Source of the DNA: the human T2T-CHM13v2.0 reference genome, Homo sapiens
DNA length: 64,000 nt
NCBI RefSeq assembly: GCF_009914755.1
Contig: NC_060941.1
Direction: 5' to 3' (one strand)
Under the pieces are notes generated by a model. It did no database searches. It saw only the letters and a list, made by a program, of their open reading frames with translations, and was not told the origin of the DNA. Position numbers and translations under genes: made by a program. This document shows positions 25,670 through 46,368 of the stretch, in pieces. How positions within the stretch are numbered: the first letter of the stretch is position 1; each line of letters starts with the position of its first letter.

Positions 25670-25984
25670 TTAGTTATTAAATGTCAATTGGTATGAATAA
25701 CAGCAAGAGTTTAGAATAATACTGAATACCTATTTTTCATCTCAACTCTAAACGTTTGGACTTGTATTGGAACATTCCAGAGCCCCTAACCCTGCCCATA
25801 CCTCTCCTAGAGTCTCACCTTCATGGTTTTAATAAATATACAACATAATAGACTTTGGAATTAATTTTTCCTGAGAGCAGTAGACTTGATTAGATGCCCT
25901 TTTGTAGTGTCATCAAATCTTAGATTATGAGCTCAAAGATTTTATCTCTATATACACAATTTCTAATATTAAAAAAAATAGTCG

Positions 25985-26290
25985 GGCCGGGTGCGGTGGC
26001 TCAGGCCTGTAATCCAGCACTTTCGGAGGCCGAGGCTGGCAGATCCTGAGGTCAGGATATCGAGACCATCCTGGCTAACACGGTGAAACCCTGTCTCTAC
26101 AAAAAAAAAAAAAAAATTAGCTGGGCCTAGTGGCACGTGCCTGTAGTCCTAGCTGCTCAGGAGGCTGAGGCAGGAGAATGGCATGAACCCAGGAGGCGGA
26201 CCTTGCAGTGAGCCAAGATTGCACCACTGCACTCCAGCCTGGGCGACAGAGCGAGATTCCGTCTCAAACAAACAAACAAACAAACAAACA
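25985..26290 (+). mobile_element. AluY with (CAAA)n tail
   Basis: ATCGAGACCATCCTGGCTAACACGG. Confidence 0.85.
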
Positions 26291-26649
26291 AGTCTCACAT
26301 TTCTACACCTTCTTAGTTTAGGTCTGTTTTCCTAAGCCACTTCAATATCAGAAGAAATAAAAGACATCCTTTCACATCATTTGAAAGGAAGCTACCCCTT
26401 TACCTAATACATAACTTTGAACTAATTCAAATCATATTAATAGAATTAATTTCTATCATATTAATAGAAATTCATTTTTGGTTTTGTATTGCTTTAATAT
26501 TTCATAAAAAAAAAATTTCTTCAGTTATACAGTGATGGAGTTTGTCCCTCCCTCTTTACCTGGATGGTGTAACGTTGTCTGGCTGATATCTCCATCTCTA
26601 GTCTCTCCCTACCTAAACTATCCTGCACACAGTCATCATATAAACTCTC

Positions 26650-26800
26650 CAGAAGTGGCTTGCAAAGACCAGCATCTCCTGGGAAATTACTGAAGATGCA
26701 AATTCTTGGTCCCACTCTAGACCAACTGAATCAGTAACTACGAGGGTGGAGTCCAGAACTGAGTTCTAACGTGCCCTCTCAATGACTGTGATGCAGATCT
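26650..26800. mobile_element. MER5A-like fossil
   Basis: GATGCAAATTCTTGGTCCCACTCTAGACCAACTGAATCAG motif. Confidence 0.6.
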
Positions 26801-28442
26801 ACCTTACAGCGCTGCTGTGGTAACACGGTTCCCCATGTTGGCTCCTCAGCTTGGCATTCAAAGCTCTAGAAGATCTGGCTCCATTTTCCTACTCTCCCTT
26901 CTTGTACTCTACGGGTACTCATGGCATTCCTTGAATACTTTCCTGTGTTTTGCCCTCCCATTTTCCTTTTGCAAGTTTAGAGTATTTTCCCCAAGATGTC
27001 TGTCTGATGTTACACAATGGCCCTTCAAAGTCCTATTCAAATGGCATTGTTCTAGTAACATCCTCCTGGGTCCAAATTGAAGGCATTTTTTCCTCTTCTA
27101 TGTTCGAGAAACAATTTATCCCTCCTAGTGCCCACATCCATTTCTTCTTCTTAATGTAGTTATTTTTTATCCCATTTCTTCTGAGCATAAACTCCCTGAA
27201 AGCATGGACTAGGTCTTGCTCATCTGCATTGCCCACCATGTTTAAAACTGACACATGGAAATAAAGCAAACTCAAATATTTGTAAAATAAATGAATAGCT
27301 GGGGGAGTGAGTAGAAGGAAAATAACTATTTTAAAGGAAATGTAGTTTTATTATTTCATGGTCTCTGTAGCACTTTGGCATCCACCTGAGGGTCTTTACA
27401 CCCACTTTCCTTAAGCCTTCTATATTTGAAAGAATCTGTTTGCAAAAGAGCATCACTAATGAGCTTAATAAGGATTAATGACATACAGACCTCTATGGAC
27501 AAAGGGTAAGAATCAAGCTTTCATAGCAATGAACATAGTATCTTCTTGTCTCTAAACAGACAGAAATACAGGGATCCCTTTCTGGTAACAGGGCTGGGGC
27601 GATCGTTATTTTGTAATTAGTGAAGAGTTAGGGGCATTTCTGATGTGCTTCTTAGTGTAAACATTTCTAGCTCTACCAGTTAACCATCATTTTAAACATC
27701 TGTTTTAATATAACAATTCCTGAAATGAAATCCTTAATACCAGTCTATTCTCTTGGTAGCTTAATATTCTTGATAATATTATTGATATAATTCAGCTATT
27801 TTTAATATTTAAATGTTAATTTAATTCCGATTAAATTACCAAAAAATTCTGGATTAATGATGTTCAAATGAATGCAGGTGGTCTCCATTTTCTTCTCCTT
27901 TAGGCAACCATCTGAAGTTAACTTTAGTTCCTTTCATCCTACTAAACCAACTTTTTGAAATTTTTTTTGGTGAAGGTCAGACAGTAAATATTTTAGGTTT
28001 TATGGGCCACATATGATCTCTCGCATATTTCTTTGTTTCTTTTCTTTTTCTTTCACAGTCCCTTTAAAAATGCAAAACCCATTCTTAACTTAATGGGCTA
28101 TTTAAAAATAGACCATAAATTAGATTGGATCTATTGGTTGTAGACTGAATAGAAAAAGAATGATATGTGAACCCTTATAAAACAAGGTTCATATGGGTGT
28201 CAGTCACTGCTCAGATTTTCTTACCATGTGAAATGTTTTTGTCTGTATTTTGTCTATATAACTTAAAAACTGAAAATGCACAGGAGGTAGCTAGTGCTAG
28301 AGATGGGCTGAGACCCTATACAAACTTACAGAATTGCAGAATTTTATTGCTCAAAGAAATCTGAGAGATTATCTAATTTGAACCCCTTATTCATTTTACA
28401 GATAATATGACTAAAAACTCATAAATATAATTAACTAACTTA

Positions 28443-28643
<201 letters not shown>

Positions 28644-29256
28644 TCATTCAAACCTTTTCTTATATTTTCCTTTTTGTGTCCATCTCTCTCCACCACCACC
28701 ACAAACACACACACACACACTCAAGCACACCCCTTGAAGAGTGGGTTTCTTCCCACCAAATTCTATTATTTCATGCCTCCTCTCTAGATCACAAAATCCC
28801 TTTTAGAATCCAACTCTGGGTGGCACCAAGATCAGCAGAACCTCCATTTCCTCCTCTCTTTTCCCAAACCTTATTATGAAAGCCCCACATGGAACCATGT
28901 CAGGGCTGCAAGTGAAGCCATTCAACCTTTTTCCCCCCATCAAAAAAATTGGAGAACTATAATGTGCATAAAGTGCACATAACATAAATGTTGTTTATAT
29001 TTAATTTAATTTAATTTTTGAGACAGGGTCTCACTCTGTTCCCAGACTGGTCTCAAACTCCTGGCTCAAGTGATCCTCCTGTGTCTGCTTCCCAAAGTGC
29101 TGTGACTGCAGACATGAGCCACCTCACCTGGCCAAAATATTCAGTTTAATAATTATGAAGCAGATACCCATGTAAACATCGTTACAAAAGATCATTGCTA
29201 GCATGCCAGAAGCCCCAGTGTGCCCCTTTCCAATCATATCCCTCTCTCTAACCCTA

Positions 29257-29647
<391 letters not shown>

Positions 29648-30856
29648 TTACAGGCACCCACCACCACGCCTGGCTACTTTTTGTATTTTTAGTAGAGATG
29701 GGGTTTCGCCCTATCGGCCAGGCTGGTCTCAAACTCCTGACCTCAGGTGATCCGCCTACCTCCCAAGGTGCTGGGATTAAAGGTGTGAGCCACCGCGCCT
29801 AGCATATGTTTATTTTTAATTTAGAACTCATCGTGGCTTGTCTATGTACATTGAAATAATGATGTGACACACAAACTGTTGTGAAAAATGTCAGTTACTT
29901 TGAATGTAAGCATTTTTTCCAAAATCACTTATGTGTCTAAACCAATTCCTTCTATAAATCAGTAAGAAAATGATAAAACAATTCAACAGGAAAATGAACA
30001 AAGGCCAGAAAACTCAGAGAAGAAACACAAATGTTCAATAAACATATAAAGATACTAAATTAAATTCATGAGTAATCAGAAAAATTCACATTTAGATGGA
30101 ATCCCTTTTATTCATCCATAACTTCAGCAAAAAGTTGGAGAATACCCAGCGGTGAAAAGGTGTTGGGAAATGAATGCTGTCATATTCTGCTGACAATAGA
30201 GTAAGTTGGCACAAAATTTTTGAAGGCAATTAAAATTTTATATCTACATAGTCTTCACCCCAAGAATTCCATTTCCAGATATCTATGCTACAGGAATACT
30301 TGCACATGTTCACAAAGAAGCATGTACAGGGATTTCATTGCAGCAATGCATGTAACAAGAAAACTAAGCATAATCTAAACATTCATCAATGGGGGAATTA
30401 TTAAATAAACCATGATGCATCCATACTATGGATTATGCAGGAGTTTAAATGAATGGGGTGACCCTCTAAGTACTGGGAAGGAAAGAAATCTAAGGCATAT
30501 CATGAAGTGAAAGAATTAAGTTGCAAGATGTTACCCTTTATGCGAAGAAAAAATTTTAAAACCACAAAACAAATCTATTTTGCTTTATGTAAATATGTAT
30601 GTAGGTAAATGAGGAAAAGTCTGGAAGCATGTATACTAAATGCAGAGTAGCATTACTTCAGGGATGAGGGAGTAGGGCACAAGGAGAGTTTTTGTTATAT
30701 CTGTTATTGCATTTTTATATATTAAAAATGGAATCATGGGCTGCGGGTGGTGGCTCATGCCTGTAATATGAACACTTTAAGAGGCCAAAGTGGGAGGATC
30801 ACTTGAGCCCAGGAGTTCAAGACCAGCCTAAGCAGCATAGGAAGACCCTGTCTCTA

Positions 30857-31105
<249 letters not shown>

Positions 31106-31283
31106 TTAAAGAGAGCCTACCAAATTTAATTTTAAAATGACCATACAATTGCAATCAACAGTGGTTGATTTGGGGCATGGAGGAGAAATATCTTTCCTCA
31201 GAGGTACCGACCTCAAAATTCTGGACCAAGAAGGATCTTACAATGCAGTTAGCTTTTTGTCATATTTGGAGAGAATATACTCA

Positions 31284-31373
<90 letters not shown>

Positions 31374-31484
31374 TTATATCCTTGAATAGGTAGGAAAACA
31401 ATGAACACGATAAGTAAAAGAATCATTGCAACCTTGTTGGGGATATTCAGAAACAGAAAATAACACCTGCTTTCTCATTTCCAG

Positions 31485-32020
31485 AGCTATCAGCTTCCCA
31501 GTTTGCACAATTCATCAAGAAATTATGCGGGGTCACTGGCACAAATGATGAGGCATCTCCTGGAAGCTTAACTTCTTATCCATCCCATCTCTTGGACAGA
31601 TGATGCCAGTTAATTACTTTGAATGTAAGTATTTTATCTAAAAGCACTTATGTGTCTAAACAGACTTCTACAAATCAGTACCAAAATGGTAAATAATTCC
31701 ACAGAAATATGGGCAAAAGCTTATCATTATCAACAAATGAGAAGAAAGAAACCCTATGCCAGGTAACACCAAAGCTTTGGCCCAGTGCCCTCTGTTGAAA
31801 CATCCTAGGCTTTTTCTTTCCACTCCTATTACAACTGATCTGATTTGGCCCCTTCACACTTCACTCCTAGATTTTGCTAGACCTTTCTATTTTGTCTCCC
31901 TGAATTAAGCTTTTCCTTTTGGACACTTTACATATGGATTCTAAAACAATCCTCTGCATGTCTACACTTGCACATAATGCAAAAAACAAAATAAAATAAT
32001 CTTCCTGTTTTGATCATGTA
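31485..32020 (+). other. Putative antisense terminal exon, ARL17-type (ELSASQFAQFIKKLCGVTGTNDEASPGSLTSYPSHLLDR*)
   Basis: ctttctcatttccag| acceptor; phase-1 frame open to TGA at 31601-31603; AATAAA at 31990; 3' end approximate. Confidence 0.5.
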
Positions 32021-32248
32021 ATCTCTCTTGCTTGGAAACTTTCAATGGCTTTCCATACCTCATTGTGTAACTTTCAAACTCCTATAGCTGATAATCAAGG
32101 TTTTACAGAATCGTATCTTCATTGCTCCCTCACCTAATTCTTTGTAGCCACATTGGTCTACTAAATTCCAACCATACCTGTAGCCATGCGTTTGCCTAGA
32201 CTGTACTCCCATTTTTCTTCTATTTAACAAATTATAGCTACTCTTTAA

Positions 32249-32709
<461 letters not shown>

Positions 32710-33405
32710 TCTTCCCTCCTATCATTTTCGTGTTCTGGAGACAGTAGCATACTTGGCCCTGGGTTTGACATAAAACTAGTTCTACATATAGAAAGCTAGG
32801 GACAAAAATGAGTTCTGGACAAAACTAAAGGACTGAATAATCATGTGAACAGCCAACTCTCCTACATATGCTAAGCACTGATGAAGTGTTTCATATATTC
32901 ACTCACCTAAATTTCACAACAATCCTATGAAATGCTAACTAGCATGATCCCCAGTTTAAAGGTGAGGAAATTGAGTCACAGGCAGAATAACTTGCTCTGG
33001 GTCACCAAGCTAATAAATAGATCTGGGTTCAAACCCAGGCAGCCTGGCTCCGGAATCAACTCTTAACCACTTAGAGCATCATCACTGAGATCGGGAGAGG
33101 GACAGGCTGCTGTAAAGAGGGTGAAGCGAAAATGGGAGGAGAGCAGCGGTTAAGCAATGATGTGATGGGGCTAAATAAAAATGGATACAAAAACGAGTAA
33201 AAGACCAGAGTAAAAGGAAAAGACTGGAGAAGGGACCTAACATTAAAAGAGAATGAGGAGAAGGGAGAGTTGACAAGCAAAGGTGAAAGCAGAAAGTCAG
33301 TTGTCCATATGGCTTGGGGAGATAAAGAAGGCCCAGGAAGGCCTCCAGGAAAAGGCTGCCATGTCAGGCAGGACACAGAGGACAATTGAGGAAAAGTGAT
33401 TCTTA

Positions 33406-36045
<2,640 letters not shown>

Positions 36046-36049
36046 CTAA

Positions 36050-36290
36050 GCGTGAGCCCCGCCCTGTCTTTATGACACCTTTATTTATGTCACAGATCTG
36101 CTCCATGTCACCAGGGCACTCTTATGTCACAATCCCGCCCAAGCACGCCTTCCCATCCTGCCCTGCCGGAACACCCCTCTCCTCCCCTTAGTGAGGAAGG
36201 ATTTGGGCCTCAGACCCTGGTGGTCCCAGGACTCCAGCGCCTGCTGTGGTGGGGTAGGGTGGGGTAGGGTGGGGTGGGGGCGTGGCAGAG
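36050..36290 (-). promoter_or_regulatory. Putative LRRC37A proximal promoter: GC boxes, TGACATAA-like motif cluster, G-tract
   Basis: CCCGCCC at ~36058 and ~36133; TTATGTCAC at 36085 and 36122, CCATGTCAC at 36103, TTATGACAC at 36070; G-run array 36251-36280; directly 5' of the ATG. Confidence 0.45.
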
Positions 36291-36336
36291 CTTCCCAAGG
36301 AAGTCACCGGACCTCGCCTCAGGATATTCAGAAGTG

Positions 36337-36412
36337 CTAGTTCAGTTCTGGCAGCCTTCCTCCTTTAAGGTGAAATCCGAGAACACTCTTCCTTCCAGGT
36401 AGAGCAACTGAC
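36337..36412 (-). pseudogene. RDM1 pseudo-exon 7 (VSCSTWK...SDFTLKEE...RLPELN*)
   Basis: ttttgcag| acceptor; decayed match to the RDM1 C-terminus (RLPELD*). Confidence 0.75.
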
Positions 36413-37138
36413 CTGCAAAATGGGCGCCAGGATGCACATTACAGTCACTTATTCCAAAGTGTTGCCATTTTCGCTAAACTGTCGCATGTTTGATAATTAA
36501 TTCACCACCCTATTAGGTAGGGGCTGCCAGGGAATAAGCGAGGACTCCAAATTTTCTGTAGGAGGGGTGTTGGGAGTTGGCAATTCGGTCTGGGAGAGAA
36601 GGTTTTAATCCGAGTGAAGAGCCCTTTGCACTAGCCTGGGAGGAGGCTGAACTGTCATCCTGCCTTGACTCAACACAGCCATTCCCCTAGAAGTTACAGC
36701 ACTTCTAGGGTCACCTGTGTTCAGAGATCTACCCTGTGTGCACACATGGAGAAGAGGCTTAGGTTGTTAAAGTCAGCATGTTAAATCATTTCCTGAAATG
36801 CGACTGTAACTAGAACCCAGCTGACTTCCCCCACAGCCGTTCTTACCTATTTTATTACTGTCTGGCATAATTACCAGCATGTAAACTCCAAGAAGGTGCT
36901 TCATCTTATTTTAGTGCCTGGCATAGACATAGGGTGCATAGTGATGGCTTTAAAATTGAAGGGGGGCCGGGTGTGGTGGCTCACACCCATAATCCCAGAA
37001 CTTTGGGAGGCCGAGGTGGGGGGATCACTGAGGTCAGAAGTTCGAGACCAGCCTAACCAACATGGTGAAACTCCGTCTCTACTAAAAATACAAAATTAGC
37101 CAGGTGTGGTGGTGCATACCTGCAATCCCAGCTACTCA

Positions 37139-37243
<105 letters not shown>

Positions 37244-37620
37244 TCAAAAAAATAAAATAAAATAAAATGGAAGAGATTCCAAGATTCACCTCATTTAGGG
37301 ATGGAGCTATTGTTATAATCAGATTTCTGAAATGAGTGCTGACTTCCTCTCACATTTCACAGGAAGCTAGACTTCTTAAAGCTTGAAGTCTCCTTGGTGG
37401 GTTTTATTTAAATTGAATTAAAATAATTATTTTACAGGGAAAAATTTCAAAACACTTTGCAACTTTGGGGTAAAAGTTAAATAAAACACTGTAGCCCCAA
37501 GTTAAGTTCCCACTGAAATGAGACTTTTGCTCCTTTTTTTAAAAAAAATTCCATAAATAGTAAATAATGACTGTTTTGAGATTAATTTAGAAACAATCCC
37601 TATTTAAGAGCTTTCATATG

Positions 37621-38318
<698 letters not shown>

Positions 38319-38790
38319 TAAATGATTGACAGAAAGATCTTCAGCAAAATATTCCACCCAAGATACGTGGGAGATATTGAGATCCAAGCAATAAGCCATA
38401 TTTGAAAGGCATTATAGTTTTCAAAAGCTGTAGCGCAATCATTCTTAAGGCCAGTTACCTTCTCCCCACATCTCTGGGATCCTGTTTGAAGGGAGTTCTA
38501 ACAAGGCCTGTGTTCGAGCAGCCCAGCATCCCTTACTCCTGGAGCGGGGGGAGACTAACCCCTCTCCTGTGTCCACAACTGTAGTAATACAATCCTCGGT
38601 TCTGCTCTCCAAACTTCAAATAAGGGGTCAGAGCCAAGGGTTAAGACTTTAGGAAAAGCCCCGGAAATACCCTGCACTCAAAAAGCAGTTTCAGAGTTTC
38701 ACATTTTCCTGAGAATTAAACAAATTATCCTCCAAATTCTGCTGCTTGTTTTGAATTATGGTTATACTGGCAATGTTATCCAACCCTTGA

Positions 38791-39039
<249 letters not shown>

Positions 39040-39116
39040 TGATCCACCCACCTCGGCCTCCCAAAGTGCTGGGATTACAGGTGTGAGCCACAGCGCCTGG
39101 CCTGTTTGTTTTTTGA

Positions 39117-39287
<171 letters not shown>

Positions 39288-39391
39288 TGACCTCAGGTGA
39301 TCCACCCGCCTCAGCCTCCCAAAGCACTGGCATTACAGGTGTGAGCCACTGTGCCCGGCCCTGTTACCTTTGAGTTTTTATCTCCACATAC

Positions 39392-39477
39392 TTATATTAA
39401 ACCGTGTAGTTCTTCTTCCCATCTGACATCTACAATCTCTTCACTGGGTCTGTACTCCATAGCTATTTTACCACTTT
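39392..39477 (-). pseudogene. RDM1 pseudo-exon 6 (ESGKIAMEYRPSEEIVDVRWEEELHGLI*)
   Basis: 86 nt, tttcag| and |gtatgt; terminal codon is a stop. Confidence 0.88.
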
Positions 39478-41391
39478 CTGAAATAAAGTTAGCAAGGATG
39501 AATTCAGAATCTTTTTCATTCCAAAACTTCCTGCATATAATGGTAGCAACCCACAATGAGACATTCTTTTAGTTTCTAAAAGCAGGAAATAAGCATTTTC
39601 CTGAAAGTTTCCTCATCTCTTCATCATACACTTCGATTTTTGTTTTTCTTTTTTCTTTTAGACAGGGTCTCACTCTGTCACCCAGGCTGGAGTACAGTGG
39701 CACTATCATAGCTCACTGTAGCCTGGAATTCCTGGGCTCAAGTCATCCTCCTGCTTCAGCCTCCAGAGTAGCAGGCACTATATCACTGTGCCCGTCTAAT
39801 TCTCTTTTTTAGAGACATGGTCCCGCTTTGTTTTCCAGGCTGGTCTCGAACTCCTGGCTTGAAGTGATCCTTCTGTCTTGGCCTCCCGAAATGCTGAGAT
39901 TTCAAGCGTGAGTCATCATGTCTGGTCTCACAGCTCAGTTTTTAACATATGTATGAAATATCAACTGTGTTTGGTTCAAAGGACTTTATGATCTTACAGA
40001 TAGGAACTAAGGAATAATAACGTAAGAAATAAAAAATGTGGAAATAAAAATGTTCAATCATAACATGATTAAAAGGTAAGGCACCAGGTGGGGGGTCGAA
40101 GTAAGTTCAAATCCAAAATAGAGACCACTGGGCTAGTAGACACTTCACATTAGAAGCATGGCTAGGTGTCTACTCCCTGAGAACCAAAATTCCACCAGAT
40201 ACAATGAACAAAGCTTTAGAGAGAGAAAACATTTGAACATTTTACGGGCAGAAAATGGCCCACATACTCTATAGACAATACAATTTCCTTCAAGGCAAAC
40301 TAGAACTATAAGGCTTTTGGTCTAAGAAGTGAGTGTGTGCAAGGGATACCTTTGCATACTAGGGAGGGGTAGACAACCCACACATTTAGCTTGGTTATTA
40401 AATGTCATTACTCAGACTTGACAGTTGATGACCAAGGAAGTAAGACTTTCACTAGAAGGGCTGCCCAGGTTGGAAAGCTGAGAGCAATCAGGGCCACCTC
40501 TTACAAGCAAATAAAGGTCTGTAGTAACTTAATTACAATCTCAGTCTCTAAGCCTTCAGGGTTGTGAAGCAGAAAGGCAACTCTGTTCAGGGACTCGTTA
40601 AACACCAGGTTTCCTTTGGGCACAGGCTATGACATTTGTGCCACTGTAGAACTGAATAGGAAATACAAGCAGTGCCATTCAACAGCATGACCACTTCCAA
40701 GGCTCACAGCAAAGCAGCTGATTATTGTATAAGAATCATATTTGGCCAATATGTCAGTGCCAGAAATGAGAGCTGGAACTGAATTCTCGATTCGAGAAAC
40801 ATAATCTAATAAATTCTTCAGCAGAGTTTATTTATTCAGAGAGAAAACAATCACAACAATAGCATATTTTGTCTGCTTACCTTGTAAGTATAGTTCTGAG
40901 TTTTTACACTTGTCATCTCATTTTTTCTTACAATATCAGCAATAAGGTTGATTGGATTACTAACCCCAGTTTGCAGATAAAGATTGCAGCTTAGAGATAT
41001 TAAATATCTTCAAATCTCTCTGGCCATAAGACCTAAAACTGCATACAAAAATCTAAGAGACAGAGTTAGGACTCAAATCCATGTGTCCAGGGCTTATAAT
41101 CACTATTCTGTACGATAGGCATGCAATTAAAGAAGACCTGCCTCAAACATTTTCTGTGTGACCTGAGGCAAGTCCTTTTATAGCTATAAACTAGGGACAA
41201 TATTTGCTGTCATTTTTTCTACAAATGTCACAAAGAACAAATTTGAGCCTGTCGCTGTGAAAGAACTTAGCAAATGAAAGCATCCTAGGGAGTGTTTTAG
41301 ATATCGATATTTTTATCCAATTAACTTTTCAAAATGAGTTTATTTGCTCACTGAAACTGAAGTACTTCAACGACGATTAAGAAAGTTTTAC

Positions 41392-41485
41392 CTAGAACCA
41401 CAATCAACAGTTTCTGGAATGCATCTGACAAAGCCTTCTCAATAGCAATCTGGGCTATCTTCCCTTTCATAGGAATGACAACGGT
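41392..41485 (-). pseudogene. RDM1 pseudo-exon 5 (...MKGKIAQIAIEKALSDAFQKLLIVVL)
   Basis: Matches RDM1 KALSDAFQKLLIVVL; donor |gtaaaa. Confidence 0.88.
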
Positions 41486-41844
41486 CTTAAATCCAACCCA
41501 AACTAATGGATTTAAGATGCCTATCTGAGTGATCATTGCTACATGTTGGTTAAAAAATAAAAATGCATCCACGAATCTTAGCTCATAATCTTCGTGATTA
41601 AAGGCAGACAGCACAAGGGTATGGTTGAACGTCTCTGTTATAGGTACATCCTGGCAGGGCCCATTTTTACTGCCTCCATCTAGTTGGGAAGTTCCTAAAG
41701 TACTAGAGGGAGACATAAGCCAAGAACCTGGCACATATCTCACATCACCCAGAGATTTAATTCATCAGTTAAGGCTACACTCCTATGGACCCCACCCTCC
41801 TATGCATCAAGGGCTGGAATCACTCACTGAAAAAAAGCTTTGTT

Positions 41845-43788
<1,944 letters not shown>

Positions 43789-44065
43789 TTAATAAATCAA
43801 TTTATTAAATAAATTTATTAATTAATAAATCAATGTATTAAATCAATTTATTAAAGCAATTTATTTACTTATTTAAAGGCTCTGTCAGGTATTGCCTAAG
43901 GTAAAAGTCTGTATTGTAAGACAGAAAACCTCTGCCCAGGACTTCAGTAGCTCAGAGAGGGAAAGGCTTGATATGTGTCTGAAAAGACAAGTTTTAGACA
44001 GCAAGAAAAAAGAGATCCTTCCCATTTCAACTCCTTACCCTCCTCTACCCCCAATGAAAACAGAC

Positions 44066-44227
44066 CTTCCTTCGCCTTATCCACAGGCTCCTCCACCAAG
44101 CCAAGGCCAGACTCCTGCAATCATAGGATGGCAACACCACCTCTAAAGCACAGAACTTCAGGCTTTGCTTCGGAAGTGGCACCATGGTCTCTTCATTTTC
44201 CCTTTCTTCAAGGTCAGAAAACTGAAG
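44066..44227 (-). pseudogene. RDM1 pseudo-exon 4 (LQFSDLEERENEETMVPLPKQSLKFCALEVVLPSYDCRS...)
   Basis: ctaacag| and |gtctgt; RDM1-like peptide with frameshift. Confidence 0.88.
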
Positions 44228-44627
44228 CTGTTAGGAGTTTTAGTGTTAAGTTCCTTCCGAGGATGTTAATTAGGCTTCAAACTGTTTTGTTCTGAGAAAT
44301 AAAAACTAAACTCCAGTCATTCAAGCTAACAGTTGAGGTGTTCTATGGCTTCAAAATCAAGTAAGATTTGTAAATGAATTGCTAGGTGCAACCATTACTT
44401 ATTATATGCCACACAAACAGTGGAGAAAATTATGGACACCACCATCCAAGTGATTGAGATTATTAATTTTAGGTAGCAGGCCAATTCAGACATGTCCACT
44501 TATCCTCAATGGCAGGGGGCCTCTCACATCCCCTCCCTGTAACCCAGTTCAATACTTCTGTCTAAAGTCTAGAATTTCAATGTTGAAAGGAGAGCGTGGT
44601 TAGTGAGAGAAAATCCACAAAGTTTAT

Positions 44628-44750
44628 CCTGATGATCCTTTCTGACCATCCATTGAAACCAAAGTAGTAATTCACCAGTTCTTGGCATCAGGAGCTGTTT
44701 CAGGCAAGGGCCTGATGTGCAACTGCCTTATGTCTGCTGCCAAGAGGAAC
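44628..44750 (-). pseudogene. RDM1 pseudo-exon 3 (VPLGSRHKAVAHQALA*NSS*CQELVNYYFGFNGWSERIIR)
   Basis: Acceptor ctttag intact; two stops; donor mutated to AT. Confidence 0.85.
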
Positions 44751-45401
44751 CTAAAGTCACAAGAGACAGACCCACAAATATCACAGCCTGCCAGAGATTT
44801 TATTTTGGATACACCTGAGATTTATCAATACCAACTGTGCAAAGAAAAGAAATTGTTTCAGTCTTCCCATTCAGTAGCTCCTTCTTGAGAACATGACCTG
44901 AAGAATAGATAAGATGAACCCACCCATCCCCCACCCCAAGTTACCCCTGCTTAAAGAGGAAATACACATACCTCTATACATTTTACAAGCAACTAAAACA
45001 ACTAGAGGTTCATCTGCATTTATAAGCTTCTTTGACAATGCAAATATCTACTGAGTGTTAATTCTTGAAATATTTTACACATTTCTGTGAATTTCTTACA
45101 TCACCAGTTCTTTCTTATGTCTATTTCATTTTGTAAGTGTAGAATATGATTATATTCATGAAACTCAAATGATACAAATAGTCAAATTTATTGTATTAGA
45201 AATTAATAAGAATAGTAAAGTTAATTCTTTGTTGATTTGTTTATGCACCTTCCTCTGTCACTGGTTTATAAGCTCCATAAGTGCCAGAGGAAAACATATC
45301 TTATTCTTTTTTCATTCCCAGAACAAAGCACAGTTCTTGGCATACAATACAGGATAGATGATCTGTTGATTGAGTGAATGAATAAAACAATGAGCAAGTA
45401 A

Positions 45402-45766
<365 letters not shown>

Positions 45767-46095
45767 AATGAAGACTAATTTTTAAACGTTGAGTGCTACC
45801 ACGGAGACCAGCCTGTATCATGAGTCACAGTGGAGACTTTCGGAACATCTAGGAAACTTCAGAAGGGCTCTGAGCCCCTGGGTGGTACAGACAGTTGTCA
45901 CCTTGGATAACGTTGCCACAGTTCTTGCTGGCGACCATTTCCCTTCATTTCACTGAAACAAAAACAAAAACAAAAAACCCTCACAGATGCCTTAGGCCTT
46001 TCCTTGATTTTAAAACATTATTCTCTTTTCTGTATTTATAAAAACCAAAAAAGACAGGAACTAGGTGCATGTGCTAAAGTAGAAAAGAACACTTA

Positions 46096-46368
<273 letters not shown>

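Noticed and set aside
41348-41743. 131-aa minus-strand ORF as an independent gene
   Set aside because: Only its last third is RDM1 pseudo-exon 5; the rest is chance read-through of intron.
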